A stretch of DNA of 64,000 nt from Bacillota bacterium (lineage in GTDB: Bacteria > Bacillota > Limnochordia > Darwinibacteriales > DTU012): assembly GCA_012840925.1 (NCBI GenBank), contig DUVS01000029.1, positions 56,376-120,375 of the forward strand, in the 5' to 3' direction. Position numbers and translations under genes: made by a program. Below, piece after piece: positions 29,071 to 39,828 of the stretch (positions are counted from its first letter, which is position 1; each line of letters opens with the position of its first letter). The notes below the pieces were generated by a model. The model saw nothing but the letters and a program-made list of their open reading frames with translations. It made no database searches and was not told the DNA's origin.

Positions 29071-29930
29071 TGCGCAAATGGTGGCTCAGTTTACGGCCTT
29101 TTAGTCTGCCAATTTCAATTTTGTCCATAATGCTGGGGTTGGTAATCGCCGGCAAAACCACTTACTTGGACCCTATCGGTGCCTTGCTGGCACTTGCTAC
29201 CGGACTTGTCTTGCATATCATCGCCAACGTGTTCAACAGCTACTTCGATTGGAAATTGGGACACGATCAATCCGGCGACAGTCAGGTTGTCCCGCTGCTG
29301 ATGGATCCGAATTTGGGTGCTAAGGCCCTCTGGGCATACGGGCTTGCCTTTTTAATTCTTGGCATCGGCTTAACCATCATCCTTGGGCTCCGCTACAATC
29401 CCCTGGTGATGATCATTGCCCTTGTAGGCTTGCTTAACGCTTACTTTTACACCGCCCCCCCAATCGCCTACAAAAAGCGCGGCCTTGGCCTGCCATTGGT
29501 GTTTATTTCCATGGGAATCTTAATGCCCTTAAACACCTTTCTAATCCAAACTATGGACCTAAATTACCAAATCATCGCTAACCCAGTTCCATTGGCTTTA
29601 TTGATTACTGCCATCCTGCAAGGCAACGAACTGCGAGATTATCATTCTGACCTGCAGCATGGAATTAACTCTTTCTCTGCCATTTATGGCCTTAAGGCCG
29701 GTATCAAACTGTATCAGCTACTGGTTATTGTTCCATATATAATGTTAATTTTCCTCATCTTTGCCGGACTGCTGCCAGTCTTCGTCCTGGTAGTGTTCCT
29801 TTCCTCCCGCTATGCCCTTACACTAGTGCAAAGAGCCGATCAACATGATTTCAAAGGGCTTGATTCAGCAACAGCCAAGTTACATGCAGCCTTCGGCCTC
29901 CTCTACATTCTGGCGCAAGTTATAGGTTAA
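29071..29930 (+). CDS. menA: 1,4-dihydroxy-2-naphthoate polyprenyltransferase (UbiA family, MenA-like)
   Basis: UbiA-fold TM protein. W..LRP..L...LGL near the N-terminus, then NSYFDWKLGHD and a second Asp-rich region. TTG start with a GAGGTG RBS. The ORF track's 28746 start is an unstopped upstream extension. Confidence 0.7.
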
Positions 29931-29945
29931 TAAGACAGAAACCCA

Positions 29946-32483
29946 TCAGCCCACTCTGTTGACCATTTGATCCAGATTCCTCACATGGCCCGGTGCGAAC
30001 AGATCAGCAATCCGCTGATGGCATGTGAGCAGGATGATCTGGTGCCTGGCGCTAAGCTCCTTGATTAGTTCGACCGTTTTTTGCAGGCGAAAGCGATCAA
30101 AATTGACCAGAATATCATCGGCAAAAATCGGAATCTCCACTTTTTCCTGGGCAATCTGTACTGCCAGGGCAAATCTGATGGCCAAATATAGCTGTTCTAC
30201 TGTCCCCTGACTCAACTGATGCGGAGCTAGGACCTCACCATTCGCAGCTTCAATCTTGATCTCCTGCATGCCGATTGGTGCGTAAATCCGCCGGTAGCGA
30301 TGTTCAGTAATGGCTGCAAAGTAGCAGCTGGCCAATTTAAGCACCTCTGGTTGACGCTCCTGCTCATATTTGCGGCTTACCTGTTCAATAACCCAATGAC
30401 AGATTTTCAAGCTAGACCATCGCATAGCCATGTTTCTGGCCTTTGTCTGGAGTATCTCCCTTTCCAGCTGCAATTCTTCCAACTTCTGATTCTGCTCTAA
30501 CATATCCCTTTTCACGTTTAATCCGCCAAGAGCCTTCTGCAGCTCTTCAAAATCAGTGGTTAACCGGTCTATCTCTGCCTCCAACTGCTCCTGTTCCTGC
30601 AGCAGAGCTACTTTTGTAATACCTTTGAAGAAATCCTCCAACTGGCTTTCTTTTGAACCTAGATATGTCCTTAAGACCACCTCGAGATTGGTGATTTCCT
30701 GCAGTGTTTCCTGCCGTTGTTGCTGAATTTGGTACAAACTGGCAATCTGATCAAGATCAGTGCTTTGACACTGGTTGTAAATATCTTCCAACTGCCGCTC
30801 CAAATTCTCCCGCCGTTTCAACAGTTCCGGAAGCCCTTCCAACACTTCCAGATACACTCTAACTTCGTCTATGCTCAAATCTGTTGGTAGATCATACTGC
30901 TGGAGCATTTGCTGTAGTTTACCGCAAGCAGCACCCAGTTGGGTTTGTTTTTCAACCAAGTTCTGGTAATAGGCAGCTGACCTTGCTTGTAACTGTTGTT
31001 GGCTTCGCCTTTGTTGGTCCAAATCTTTGATCAATGTTTCTCCACGTTCCAGCCTGCATTCCACTAGAGCCAGATCCTGAGCAGCGTTGCCGATACCAAG
31101 CTGTCCGGTTAATTCTTGCATGCGCTCTTGGCGTTTTTGGGCCTCCATGCGCTTTGCGATTTGATCTATACCTAACCAAACCAATAATAAGCCCAACATG
31201 GCAGCTGTCAGCCAAACGCCAAATCCGATTCGGGCAGTATAGAACAAGCCTCCGATCACCAGCCACCCACAGACTCCTATTAGCTGTGCCACTGTCTTGA
31301 AAGCGCTTTGCGTATCCTTTTCGATAGCACACAACGCCTTCAGCTCTGCAAGCCATTGCCTCCTCACCGTTAGATCATCTACACTCAGCTTACCGAGCCC
31401 CAGATCTTCGATCTGCCTTTCCGTGGCCGTTATCTGGCATTCTACTTCAGCACACTCGATCTGAACCTGAGTATGCCTTTCAGAGGCCACACCCAGCTGC
31501 AGCTTGATCTGCTCAAGCTCTGCAGCAATCTGTCCAGACTCCTGTTTCAGCTGGCACAGATCAGTTTCATGATCCAATGAGGGAACTATGCCCGACGGCA
31601 GTCTTGCCATGGCTTGGTGGTATTTCTCTCTAATCTCCTTCAGCTCTGTTTGCAGTGCATGCAACCTTGCCAAACCATTTTCCGGCAGATCGAGGTCAGG
31701 CAACTTCTGCAGTTTTTCACGGGCAATCAGCAAATCCTGCCAGAGAGGCCAAGCCTCCAGCATAATTTTGGTCTGCTGCAGTTTTTGTTTTGCCCCGTCA
31801 ATTGTATTCCGCAGCCAAGCAAGCTCGTTTTGCTTAGCCTCGATCTCAGAAACCAACTCCTGGTACTGAGTGTTGACACTGCCCATAGCCCTTAGACTGG
31901 CCGCGTTTTCTTTGAGCGCGGCCAGAATCAGATTCAACTGCGGTTTGGATCCGCGCACCTTATAAATACTGTCCATTGCACTGATTAAGCGATCGTTGAT
32001 TTCTGCCAGTGATATATTGCTGCCCAAGCCTATGCTGTACAAAAGGGCACTTAAATCCTGATCTTGAAGAAATTTTAACTGCTGCAGCTCCCCCAAACCG
32101 AAAGCATAGACTGTTTCAAACAATGATTGGGAAATGCCGCCGGTAAGTTTAATCAGATAGCCTTCAGGCAAAGATGTACCCAAATTGAGATCCTCAATTG
32201 TCAAAACTCCACTGGAGCGGCGGTCACTGACCCGGCTCAGCAAATAACGCTGACCGTTATCCGCAACCAGAATGCTGCCACCATGACTGCCTCCTCTTAG
32301 AGGCTCATAGCGCCTGGGTGATCCCCTCTGGTAGAACCCATATAATACGCTGCGGAAGAAGTTCAGTAAAGTACTTTTACCAGACCCATTGAGACCATAG
32401 ATAACCGTTAAGTCCGGTTCAAAATCGATAGTCAAATCGTGGAGGATACCGAAACCATTGACCCTGATTTGTTCCAGCTTCAT
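29946..32483 (-). CDS. SbcC-like AAA/SMC-type ATPase (B. subtilis SbcE/YhaN-like) with a central TM hairpin
   Basis: N-terminal Walker A (GLNGSGKST). Long coiled coils. Two central hydrophobic helices (VCGWLVIGGLFYTARIGFGVWLTAAMLGLLLVWLG). C-terminal signature and Walker B (LSQGTVEQLYLA...IFADDILVNFD). Confidence 0.8.
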   Translation of the reverse strand: MKLEQIRVNGFGILHDLTIDFEPDLTVIYGLNGSGKSTLLNFFRSVLYGFYQRGSPRRYEPLRGGSHGGSILVADNGQRYLLSRVSDRRSSGVLTIEDLNLGTSLPEGYLIKLTGGISQSLFETVYAFGLGELQQLKFLQDQDLSALLYSIGLGSNISLAEINDRLISAMDSIYKVRGSKPQLNLILAALKENAASLRAMGSVNTQYQELVSEIEAKQNELAWLRNTIDGAKQKLQQTKIMLEAWPLWQDLLIAREKLQKLPDLDLPENGLARLHALQTELKEIREKYHQAMARLPSGIVPSLDHETDLCQLKQESGQIAAELEQIKLQLGVASERHTQVQIECAEVECQITATERQIEDLGLGKLSVDDLTVRRQWLAELKALCAIEKDTQSAFKTVAQLIGVCGWLVIGGLFYTARIGFGVWLTAAMLGLLLVWLGIDQIAKRMEAQKRQERMQELTGQLGIGNAAQDLALVECRLERGETLIKDLDQQRRSQQQLQARSAAYYQNLVEKQTQLGAACGKLQQMLQQYDLPTDLSIDEVRVYLEVLEGLPELLKRRENLERQLEDIYNQCQSTDLDQIASLYQIQQQRQETLQEITNLEVVLRTYLGSKESQLEDFFKGITKVALLQEQEQLEAEIDRLTTDFEELQKALGGLNVKRDMLEQNQKLEELQLEREILQTKARNMAMRWSSLKICHWVIEQVSRKYEQERQPEVLKLASCYFAAITEHRYRRIYAPIGMQEIKIEAANGEVLAPHQLSQGTVEQLYLAIRFALAVQIAQEKVEIPIFADDILVNFDRFRLQKTVELIKELSARHQIILLTCHQRIADLFAPGHVRNLDQMVNRVG

Positions 32484-33703
32484 TTGGCCTGCCCCCCTCC
32501 CCGCAGCAGTTGGACTGCCATTAACTTGGCGTTATGAAGCAGCTGGTTGTGGTCTAAAGGAATACCAATGCTCAGAGCTACGTTTTCGCCAGCTGCCGCA
32601 ATTTCTGAATCGATATGCTGGACACCGGCCTCTACTTTTTCAATAAAATTTACAACCTCTGCCAGAAAATCTCCTTGCTGACGGATGTTCTCCCAGTCGA
32701 TCTCTGGCAATGTCTGGTCCTCCAGCTCCGTTACCCAGACAAAGTCTGCCCGCTGTGCTTCACCCTGGCGTAATTCAACGAGAAGGTCCTCAATCGTTCC
32801 TCCCTGCTTCAATAATCCGTAACACTCGCTGGTACCGGTAAGCCTTATTTGAAGCATGGTTCCCACAGAGTATTGGGCACGCGCTTCTTCTTTGGCCTCG
32901 GTAAGGATGTTGATCAACTGTTCTGGCAGAACTTCACTGAGATCAAGCTCCAGATTGTGCCAGATAATATCCTGTCCAACAATGAACTCTGACTCTACAA
33001 TAGCATTTCGATCGACGGTAACCGCATAAAATCCTTTTGGCCCTGATTCCGCCCTATGCCTCCCCTGCAAAATCCCGGGATACTGAACTATGCACGAAGT
33101 CTTCCACGCTTTTGCGGTGTGCACATGGCCGATAGCCCAGTAATGGTAGCCAAGGGCTTCCAGATCAGCCAAGGCAACCGGTGCATACCCAAATTCCTGA
33201 CTGCCTACATCGCAGTGGAGAACGGCAATGTTGTAACTACCTTGTCTTGGCCGGGGAAACAACGGGCTTAGATCCCCAACTTGCGCCTGGGGATAACTGA
33301 TGCCGCTGATGCTGACCGGTTGATTGCCGTAGCTGCGTAAGACGCATTCTACTTTAGAACTTGCAAAGATGTAAAGATTATCAGGTAGAGAAAACACAAA
33401 ATTATCAAATACGTTGGCATCATGATTTCCTGTTATTGCGAAAACATCGATACCAACCGCTTGCAGCCTTGAAATTTGGTCTGCAAAGTATTTTTGAACC
33501 CGTAAAACAGGTTTGGGTGATTCAAAAACGTCTCCTGCAAGCAGCAAAAAATCCACCTGTGATTCTATGCAGTACTGTACCAGGTTTTCAAATGCCTTTA
33601 AGCTGGCGTTGATTGCGCGGTTTTCAAGGGCTGTCAGTTCGTTAACCCCCGAAAACTGGCTCCCCAAATGTAAATCGGCAGCATGTACAAATTTAAAACC
33701 CAT
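32480..33703 (-). CDS. SbcD-like Mre11-family metallophosphoesterase nuclease (SbcF/YhaO-like)
   Basis: Calcineurin-like motifs: HAADLHLG, GDVFE, GNHD and GHVH. It overlaps sbcE-like by 4 nt. An AGGGGA RBS is present. Confidence 0.85.
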   Translation of the reverse strand: MGFKFVHAADLHLGSQFSGVNELTALENRAINASLKAFENLVQYCIESQVDFLLLAGDVFESPKPVLRVQKYFADQISRLQAVGIDVFAITGNHDANVFDNFVFSLPDNLYIFASSKVECVLRSYGNQPVSISGISYPQAQVGDLSPLFPRPRQGSYNIAVLHCDVGSQEFGYAPVALADLEALGYHYWAIGHVHTAKAWKTSCIVQYPGILQGRHRAESGPKGFYAVTVDRNAIVESEFIVGQDIIWHNLELDLSEVLPEQLINILTEAKEEARAQYSVGTMLQIRLTGTSECYGLLKQGGTIEDLLVELRQGEAQRADFVWVTELEDQTLPEIDWENIRQQGDFLAEVVNFIEKVEAGVQHIDSEIAAAGENVALSIGIPLDHNQLLHNAKLMAVQLLRGGGQAK

Positions 33704-33718
33704 GATTTATGTCCCCTA

Positions 33719-33730
33719 AACATATGTTCT
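33719..33730. promoter_or_regulatory. LexA operator (Cheo box) in the sbcF-like leader
   Basis: The minus strand reads aGAACATATGTTt and lies immediately upstream of the RBS. It overlaps a candidate TTGCGA-N17-TATGTT promoter. Confidence 0.55.
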
Positions 33731-33846
33731 TCTCTATCATTTCGCAACCTGGCAACCCAACTCCTGCTCTCCCATCAACCAATAAGGAAAACCCTGCATT
33801 TTTCCAAACAAAGGAAATGATGCAGGGTTACACTCTAATCTGATAA

Positions 33847-33922
<76 letters not shown>

Positions 33923-33990
33923 CTGTCAGCATTACTATTATAGACCAAAGCGCTCAAAATGTCAATTTAATGCTTCGCTTAAAGGGCCAA

Positions 33991-34311
33991 TTAGACAAAT
34001 TGATCGATTTTCTCAGTAATATACTGCTTCGGTACTGCACCTACGATTTGATCAACGACTTCCCCGTCTTTAAAGATCAACATCGTCGGGATGCTCATGA
34101 TCCCGTATTTCATGGCTACTTCCGGATTCTCATCTACATTAAGCTTGCCTACTTTGGCTTTGCCCGCATACTCTTGAGCAACTTCATCAATAATCGGGCC
34201 AACCATCCGGCAAGGGCCGCACCAAGGTGCCCAGAAGTCCACCAGCACTACCCCTTTATTTAGTTCAACTTCCTGACTAAATGTACTATCAGTCAGTTTT
34301 ACTGTCATCAT
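33991..34311 (-). CDS. trxA: Thioredoxin
   Basis: WCGPC active site, 106 aa, AAGGAGG RBS. Confidence 0.9.
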   Translation of the reverse strand: MMTVKLTDSTFSQEVELNKGVVLVDFWAPWCGPCRMVGPIIDEVAQEYAGKAKVGKLNVDENPEVAMKYGIMSIPTMLIFKDGEVVDQIVGAVPKQYITEKIDQFV

Positions 34312-34393
34312 ATTCAACCTCCTTGAACTTTAGTGACTAATCCACCATCTACCACGATTATATACCCCATGAGGGTATATGTCAAGCAGCAAA

Positions 34394-35050
34394 TTAAACT
34401 TCGTTTGTGTCCTGCTTGCGGGCAACTGTCACACCGTGTCCGATGGGCAGTATATAGCTTTCCAATAACGGGTGTTCCTTAACCGCCCTGTTAAACCGGT
34501 CTATCACAGCCTGACTGGTGCGATTCCGGTCAGGCAAGTCCATAGCTGGAAACAACGTGTCGTCACAGATTAGGAGCCCACCTGGCTTTAACAGCTGTAC
34601 CAATTGATCCAATGTAGCTGGGTATGTTTGCTTGCCCGAGTCCTGAAAGATCAAATCGAACCCCAGGCTCAACTGAGGCACTATGTCCACAGCATCGCCA
34701 ATATGCAAAAGGATCCGGTCTTGCACTTGAAATCTGGTAAAGTTTTGTTTAGCTTCACTGGCAAATTTCTCATTAAACTCAATTGTAATGATTTGTCCAC
34801 TCTTGTCCATTGCAGAAGCCATAATGATCGTTGAGACGCCAATCCCCGTTCCCAGTTCCAAGATCCGTGCTGGCTTTGTCAGCCTGATCAGCAACTGAAG
34901 CAGACAAGCAGCATCGCGTTGAACACAAGGAAGAATGTCATCTCGTTTGACAGCAAGCTGAAACAAATTCTCCAGCTTGGAATTTGCCAAATTGTTGAAT
35001 TTCTTGGTATACTCATTGATCTCCACTGGTGTAACCGATGGAATATTCAC
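34394..35050 (-). CDS. Class I SAM-dependent O-methyltransferase (family 3, YrrM/TrmR-like)
   Basis: LELGTGIGVS SAM motif I. DLIFQDSGKQTYP matches the O-MTase family-3 DxxFxDxdK motif. Confidence 0.7.
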   Translation of the reverse strand: MNIPSVTPVEINEYTKKFNNLANSKLENLFQLAVKRDDILPCVQRDAACLLQLLIRLTKPARILELGTGIGVSTIIMASAMDKSGQIITIEFNEKFASEAKQNFTRFQVQDRILLHIGDAVDIVPQLSLGFDLIFQDSGKQTYPATLDQLVQLLKPGGLLICDDTLFPAMDLPDRNRTSQAVIDRFNRAVKEHPLLESYILPIGHGVTVARKQDTNEV

Positions 35051-35258
35051 TGTAATCCCCCGTCTACCTTGACTGTTGTTACATTTAAACGTTTCAATCC
35101 AATATCCTCCTTGTTCTGGGCATTTCTAAATTCATCTCTGCTTTAAAATTTCTTTACGAAAATAATACTTATCAAAGGAGGACAATAGTGCTATTCGTAG
35201 AATCATTGATAAAAATTGCGGAATATACTTTAAGAAGAACTGAAAGGTGGTTATGAGA

Positions 35259-36404
35259 ATGAAACTACAGAAATCAAGCACACGCAGACTGGTGATGATT
35301 ATGCTTATCCTAGCGTTTGTAGGCATTGCCGCGATACCAGTCTGGGCAGCAGACATCAAGATTGGACTCATCTCGAGTCTAACTGGACCGGTCTCAACAT
35401 ACGGCCAATCTGTTAGAAACTCTGTAGAAATGGCTGTTGATGAAATAAACGCAGCTGGTGGCATCAACGGCAGCAAGATCAATTTGATTATTCGGGATGA
35501 CAAAGGTGATGCTACAGAAGCAGCCAATGTTACCCGCTATCTGATTGACAGAGAGCAAGTGGTTTTGATTATTGGACCAGTGATTACTCCATGCGTAATG
35601 GCATCAGCACCTATTGCTCAGGAAGCTGGTATTCCTTTGATAACTCCGACAGGGACCGGAGACAGTATCACAGCCATTGGCGACTATATTTTCCGGGCAG
35701 CATACAAGGACTCACTCCAAGGCAGTGCCATGGCCCGTTTTGCCCGGGAAGTGCTCGGCCTCAAGACTGCAGCCATAATATATGACATTGCCAATGATTA
35801 CTCAACGGGCTTGATGAATGCTTTCAAAAAGACCTATGAAGAACTTGGTGGAAAGATTGTTACGATCCAATCTTACACAACTGGAGACCGAGACTTCAGC
35901 GCACAGCTAACATCCATTCTAATGGCTAATCCGGAAGGCCTCTTTATTCCTGATTACCATTCAGCTGCCGGGCCGATCCTGCTGCAAGCAAGCCAGTTTG
36001 GCATCAACGCTGCCAAACTCGGTGTTGACGGTTGGGATTCGCCAGATTTGAAACCCCTGTCCGGCGGCAATGACGAGGGTGGGTATTTCATCAACCACTA
36101 CTCCCCGCTGGATACTAGAGAAGCCACGGTTGAATTTGCCAATAAATATAGAGAAAGATACGGGCAAGAGCCTGATGCTTTGGCCGCACTGGGCTACGAT
36201 GCTGTACTGATTGTCAAGGCTACTTTGGAGCAAGCAAACAGCACTGATCCTGTAGTGATCAAGGATGCAATGGGAACAGTCAAAAATGTAGTCGCAGCAA
36301 CAGCCACCATTGACATGGATCCAGAAGGCACACCCTACAAACCACTGGTTATCCTGCAGATCCAAGACGGCATTCCAATTGTTGTTGACCGGGTTTATCC
36401 ATAA
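35259..36404 (+). CDS. ABC transporter substrate-binding protein, branched-chain amino acid (LivJ/K) family
   Basis: Signal peptide ending VWAADIKIGLISSLTGP. The LivK-like periplasmic binding fold is recognisable from GGINGSKINL. Confidence 0.8.
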   Translation: MKLQKSSTRRLVMIMLILAFVGIAAIPVWAADIKIGLISSLTGPVSTYGQSVRNSVEMAVDEINAAGGINGSKINLIIRDDKGDATEAANVTRYLIDREQVVLIIGPVITPCVMASAPIAQEAGIPLITPTGTGDSITAIGDYIFRAAYKDSLQGSAMARFAREVLGLKTAAIIYDIANDYSTGLMNAFKKTYEELGGKIVTIQSYTTGDRDFSAQLTSILMANPEGLFIPDYHSAAGPILLQASQFGINAAKLGVDGWDSPDLKPLSGGNDEGGYFINHYSPLDTREATVEFANKYRERYGQEPDALAALGYDAVLIVKATLEQANSTDPVVIKDAMGTVKNVVAATATIDMDPEGTPYKPLVILQIQDGIPIVVDRVYP

Positions 36405-36479
36405 CCAATGCCGTTGTACCTGGGTTGTACCTTAAACGGTACAACCCAACATTATTTTAGTAACGTATGAGGTGATTGC

Positions 36480-37367
36480 ATGCAATGGCAGCTCCTGGCC
36501 GCCCAGCTAATCAACGGAATTGCTCTAGGCAGCACTTATGCTCTGATTGCCTTAGGCTATACAATGGTTTATGGAATCATTCGCCTGATTAATTTTGCCC
36601 ATGGCGATATTTTCATGTTAGGCGCATATTTCGGCTTGATTGCCATCTCTACTTTCAATATTCCACTGCTGCCGGCGATGATTATTTCCATGTGCCTGGC
36701 AGCCTTGGTAGGCATTACCCTGGATCGTATTGCCTACCGTCCCTTGCGTCAGTCGCCCCGGATTACAGTGCTGATTACAGCCATTGGCGCATCACTATTA
36801 ATTCAGAGTCTTGCCCAGTTGATTTTTGGAGCTGATTTTCGATCTTATCCGGCAAAGGCAATTCCAATTAAGATCATCAGGTTTGGTTCAATTATCGTTA
36901 CCAATCGCCAGATTGTTATTTTCGGTACGGCGATAGCCTTAATGGTTCTCTTGCATATAATTGTCAATTATACGAAATTCGGCAAGGCGATGCGGGCTGT
37001 ATCCATGGACAAGGAAGCAGCGCAGCTGATGGGCATCAACGTAGACCGTGTGATCGCCTTTACCTTTGCCATTGGCTCTGCTTTAGCCGCTGCTGCAGGT
37101 ATTTTGGTTGGTATTCTCTATAACAGTGTTGACCCTTACATGGGTTCTCTACCGGGGTTAAAAGCGTTTGTAGCAGCTGTGTTAGGCGGAATTGGCATCA
37201 TCCCCGGGGCAGTCATCGGAGGATTTTTCATGGGTATCGCCGAAAATCTAGTTGTTGCTTTTGGCTCGTCAACTTACCGGGATGCAGTGGCCTTTGCCAT
37301 TTTGATCTTAGTGCTCCTGATTAAACCTAGTGGTTTATTGGGCAAACGTGTTCAAGAGAAAGTGTAG
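36480..37367 (+). CDS. livH: Branched-chain amino acid ABC transporter permease (LivH family)
   Basis: 8-TM permease with the N-terminal QLINGIALGSTYALIALGYTMVYG motif. Confidence 0.8.
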   Translation: MQWQLLAAQLINGIALGSTYALIALGYTMVYGIIRLINFAHGDIFMLGAYFGLIAISTFNIPLLPAMIISMCLAALVGITLDRIAYRPLRQSPRITVLITAIGASLLIQSLAQLIFGADFRSYPAKAIPIKIIRFGSIIVTNRQIVIFGTAIALMVLLHIIVNYTKFGKAMRAVSMDKEAAQLMGINVDRVIAFTFAIGSALAAAAGILVGILYNSVDPYMGSLPGLKAFVAAVLGGIGIIPGAVIGGFFMGIAENLVVAFGSSTYRDAVAFAILILVLLIKPSGLLGKRVQEKV

Positions 37368-37376
37368 GTGTTTTGA

Positions 37377-38357
37377 TTGGGGAAACGCAATATATTGGTA
37401 ATTGGTCTCTTAGCCGGACTTTATCTGCTGGTACAGCTACTCGCAGCCAAACGAGTACTTCTTCCCTATGATTTGCAGATCTTAGGACTGATCTGTATCA
37501 ATATCATGCTGGCAGTCAGCCTAAATTTGATTAACGGCTTCACCGGCCAGTTTTCCATCGGGCATGCCGGCTTTTTTGGTATTGGTGCTTATGCATCTGC
37601 TTATCTGACTGTGATCCATGATGTCCCGTTTATAATCGCTCTAATCATAGGTGCCATGGCTGCCGCGGTAATCGGTTTCTTGATCGGTTTGCCGACACTG
37701 AGATTGGAAGGCGATTATCTGGCCATCGTCACTTTAGGTTTTGGAGAAATCATCAGGGTAGTGATTCTAAACATTCCCACAGTTGGCGGTGCACGAGGTT
37801 TTTCTGGTATCAGCCGGGCAACTACCTTTGGGCACACTTTCTTATTTATGATTCTAACGGTCATAATTATCAAGAACTTTATTGCCACCTATCACGGACG
37901 GGCTTGTATTGCTGTTCGTGAAGACGAACTGGCTAGTGAGGCTTTGGGTATCAATACAACGTTTTACAAAGTTAGCGCCTTTACTATTGGTGCGTTGTTT
38001 GCAGGCCTGGCCGGTGGATTGTTCAGCCATTACATGGGTTATATCAATCCAGCCGCCAATCAGATTGGATTCCTAAAGTCAATCGATATTCTGATTATGG
38101 TTGTCTTGGGAGGTTTAGGCAGTATCACCGGTTCAGTCGGCGCAGCTATCTTCCTTACTCTAATTCCAGAATTGTTACGGGGCCTTGCTGAATACCGCAT
38201 GGTAGTCTATCCGATTATCCTCATTCTGGTCATGCTCTTCCGCCCCAGCGGGCTTTTGGGCGGTAAAGAACTGTCGTGGGAAGCCATATCTAATTTTTAC
38301 CAGAAGATAACGGGCAAAAAACAGAAGCAAAGGGTGAGCACCGATGGAACCAAATGA
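37377..38357 (+). CDS. livM: Branched-chain amino acid ABC transporter permease (LivM family)
   Basis: Second permease with LNLINGFTGQFSIGHAGFFGIGAY. Confidence 0.8.
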   Translation: MGKRNILVIGLLAGLYLLVQLLAAKRVLLPYDLQILGLICINIMLAVSLNLINGFTGQFSIGHAGFFGIGAYASAYLTVIHDVPFIIALIIGAMAAAVIGFLIGLPTLRLEGDYLAIVTLGFGEIIRVVILNIPTVGGARGFSGISRATTFGHTFLFMILTVIIIKNFIATYHGRACIAVREDELASEALGINTTFYKVSAFTIGALFAGLAGGLFSHYMGYINPAANQIGFLKSIDILIMVVLGGLGSITGSVGAAIFLTLIPELLRGLAEYRMVVYPIILILVMLFRPSGLLGGKELSWEAISNFYQKITGKKQKQRVSTDGTK

Positions 38358-39117
38358 ACTACTGCAAGTCAGCAAGCTTTCTGTAAGCTTTGGCGGTTTA
38401 AAGGCCATTTCCAACGTCGATTTGTCAATCTATGAAGGCGAACTGGTTGGACTGATCGGACCTAATGGTGCAGGAAAAACCACACTGTTCAATGCCCTGA
38501 CCGGATTGTGCCGGCCTAGTTCTGGAGACATTATTTTTTGCGGACAGAACCTTATCAAGAAATCTGCCCACTATATTTGCCGTCACGGTATCACCAGGAC
38601 GTTTCAGAACATTAGGCTCTTTAAGACCTTGACGGTCCTGGATAATTTGCGTATTGCTTACCATCAAAACATGCGCTACTCGTTTATAAGCGGTATTCTG
38701 CAGACAAGAAACGCGAGACGCCAGGAGCAGGAAGCCCTAAAAGAAGCATACGCCATGCTTGAAATAGTTGGGTTGACACAGCATGCTGATGAACGTGCCG
38801 TTAACCTTTCCTATGGCAATCAGCGCAAACTGGAGATTGCCAGAGCTTTGGTCACGCAGCCGAAACTGCTCTTACTGGATGAGCCGGCTGCTGGTATGAA
38901 TCCCGCTGAAACCCAGGAGCTGCTGCATTTAATCCGTTTTTTGCGCTCTGAATTTGGCATTACAATAATCCTGATTGAACACGACATGAACTTGGTCATG
39001 AATCTGTGTGAACGGATTTTCGTACTGGATTATGGAGTACTCATCGCCCAGGGTTCGGTGGAGGAAGTCCGGTCTAATGAACAAGTCATTCAAGCATATT
39101 TGGGAGCTGATGTATGA
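38344..39117 (+). CDS. livG: ABC transporter ATP-binding protein (LivG family)
   Basis: Walker A (GPNGAGKTT), signature (LSYGNQRKLEIARAL) and Walker B (LLLDEPAAG). Confidence 0.85.
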   Translation: MEPNELLQVSKLSVSFGGLKAISNVDLSIYEGELVGLIGPNGAGKTTLFNALTGLCRPSSGDIIFCGQNLIKKSAHYICRHGITRTFQNIRLFKTLTVLDNLRIAYHQNMRYSFISGILQTRNARRQEQEALKEAYAMLEIVGLTQHADERAVNLSYGNQRKLEIARALVTQPKLLLLDEPAAGMNPAETQELLHLIRFLRSEFGITIILIEHDMNLVMNLCERIFVLDYGVLIAQGSVEEVRSNEQVIQAYLGADV

Positions 39118-39827
39118 TGGAGTTGCTGCAGGTTAAAGATTTGGATGTGCATTACGGTGGGATCCATGCCCTCAAGCAAGTTAGCTTCACGATTAATGCC
39201 GGCGAGATAGTGACGTTGATTGGCGCTAATGGCGCCGGCAAGTCCACTACGCTTAGGGCTGTTTCCGGATTAGTTTCGAAAAGCAGCGGTTCAGTAGAAT
39301 TCAGAGGTCAAGATATCACCCGTCTCCCGGCACACAAGATAGCTGGCCTGAGGCTGACCCATGTACCGGAAGGACGAAGAGTTTTCCCCCACCTTTCTGT
39401 GGAAGTCAACCTCCAGTTAGGTGCATATTTGCGTAAGGATAAAAGGCAAGTCAGCACTGACTTGGATAGAGTGTATGCACTATTCCCCCGTCTGTTCGAA
39501 CGCCGCAAGCAGCTGGCAGGCAGTCTCAGCGGTGGTGAGCAGCAGATGCTGGCTATGGGCCGCGGATTAATGAGTAACCCTGAGCTGATGCTCCTCGATG
39601 AACCCTCAATGGGGCTGGCTCCGCTTTTGGTGCGGGAAATCTTTCGGGTCATTGTTGAAATTAACCGCTCCGGTACCACAATCCTTCTCGTTGAACAGAA
39701 TGCTAAAATGGCTTTGACCATTGCCGACAGGGCTTATGTATTAGAAAATGGAGCGATAAAACTCAGCGGCCCCGCAGCTGAACTGCTCCAAGATGAACGA
39801 GTCAGAAAAGCCTATCTAGGTGGATAA
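39114..39827 (+). CDS. livF: ABC transporter ATP-binding protein (LivF family)
   Basis: Walker A (GANGAGKST), signature (LSGGEQQMLAMGRGL) and Walker B (LLDEPSMG). Confidence 0.85.
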   Translation: MMELLQVKDLDVHYGGIHALKQVSFTINAGEIVTLIGANGAGKSTTLRAVSGLVSKSSGSVEFRGQDITRLPAHKIAGLRLTHVPEGRRVFPHLSVEVNLQLGAYLRKDKRQVSTDLDRVYALFPRLFERRKQLAGSLSGGEQQMLAMGRGLMSNPELMLLDEPSMGLAPLLVREIFRVIVEINRSGTTILLVEQNAKMALTIADRAYVLENGAIKLSGPAAELLQDERVRKAYLGG

Positions 39828-39828
39828 A

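Noticed and set aside
35132-35527. 131-aa minus-strand ORF overlapping the livK-like start
   Set aside because: It overlaps the signal-peptide region and promoter of a strongly supported substrate-binding-protein gene. No RBS and a low-complexity translation.
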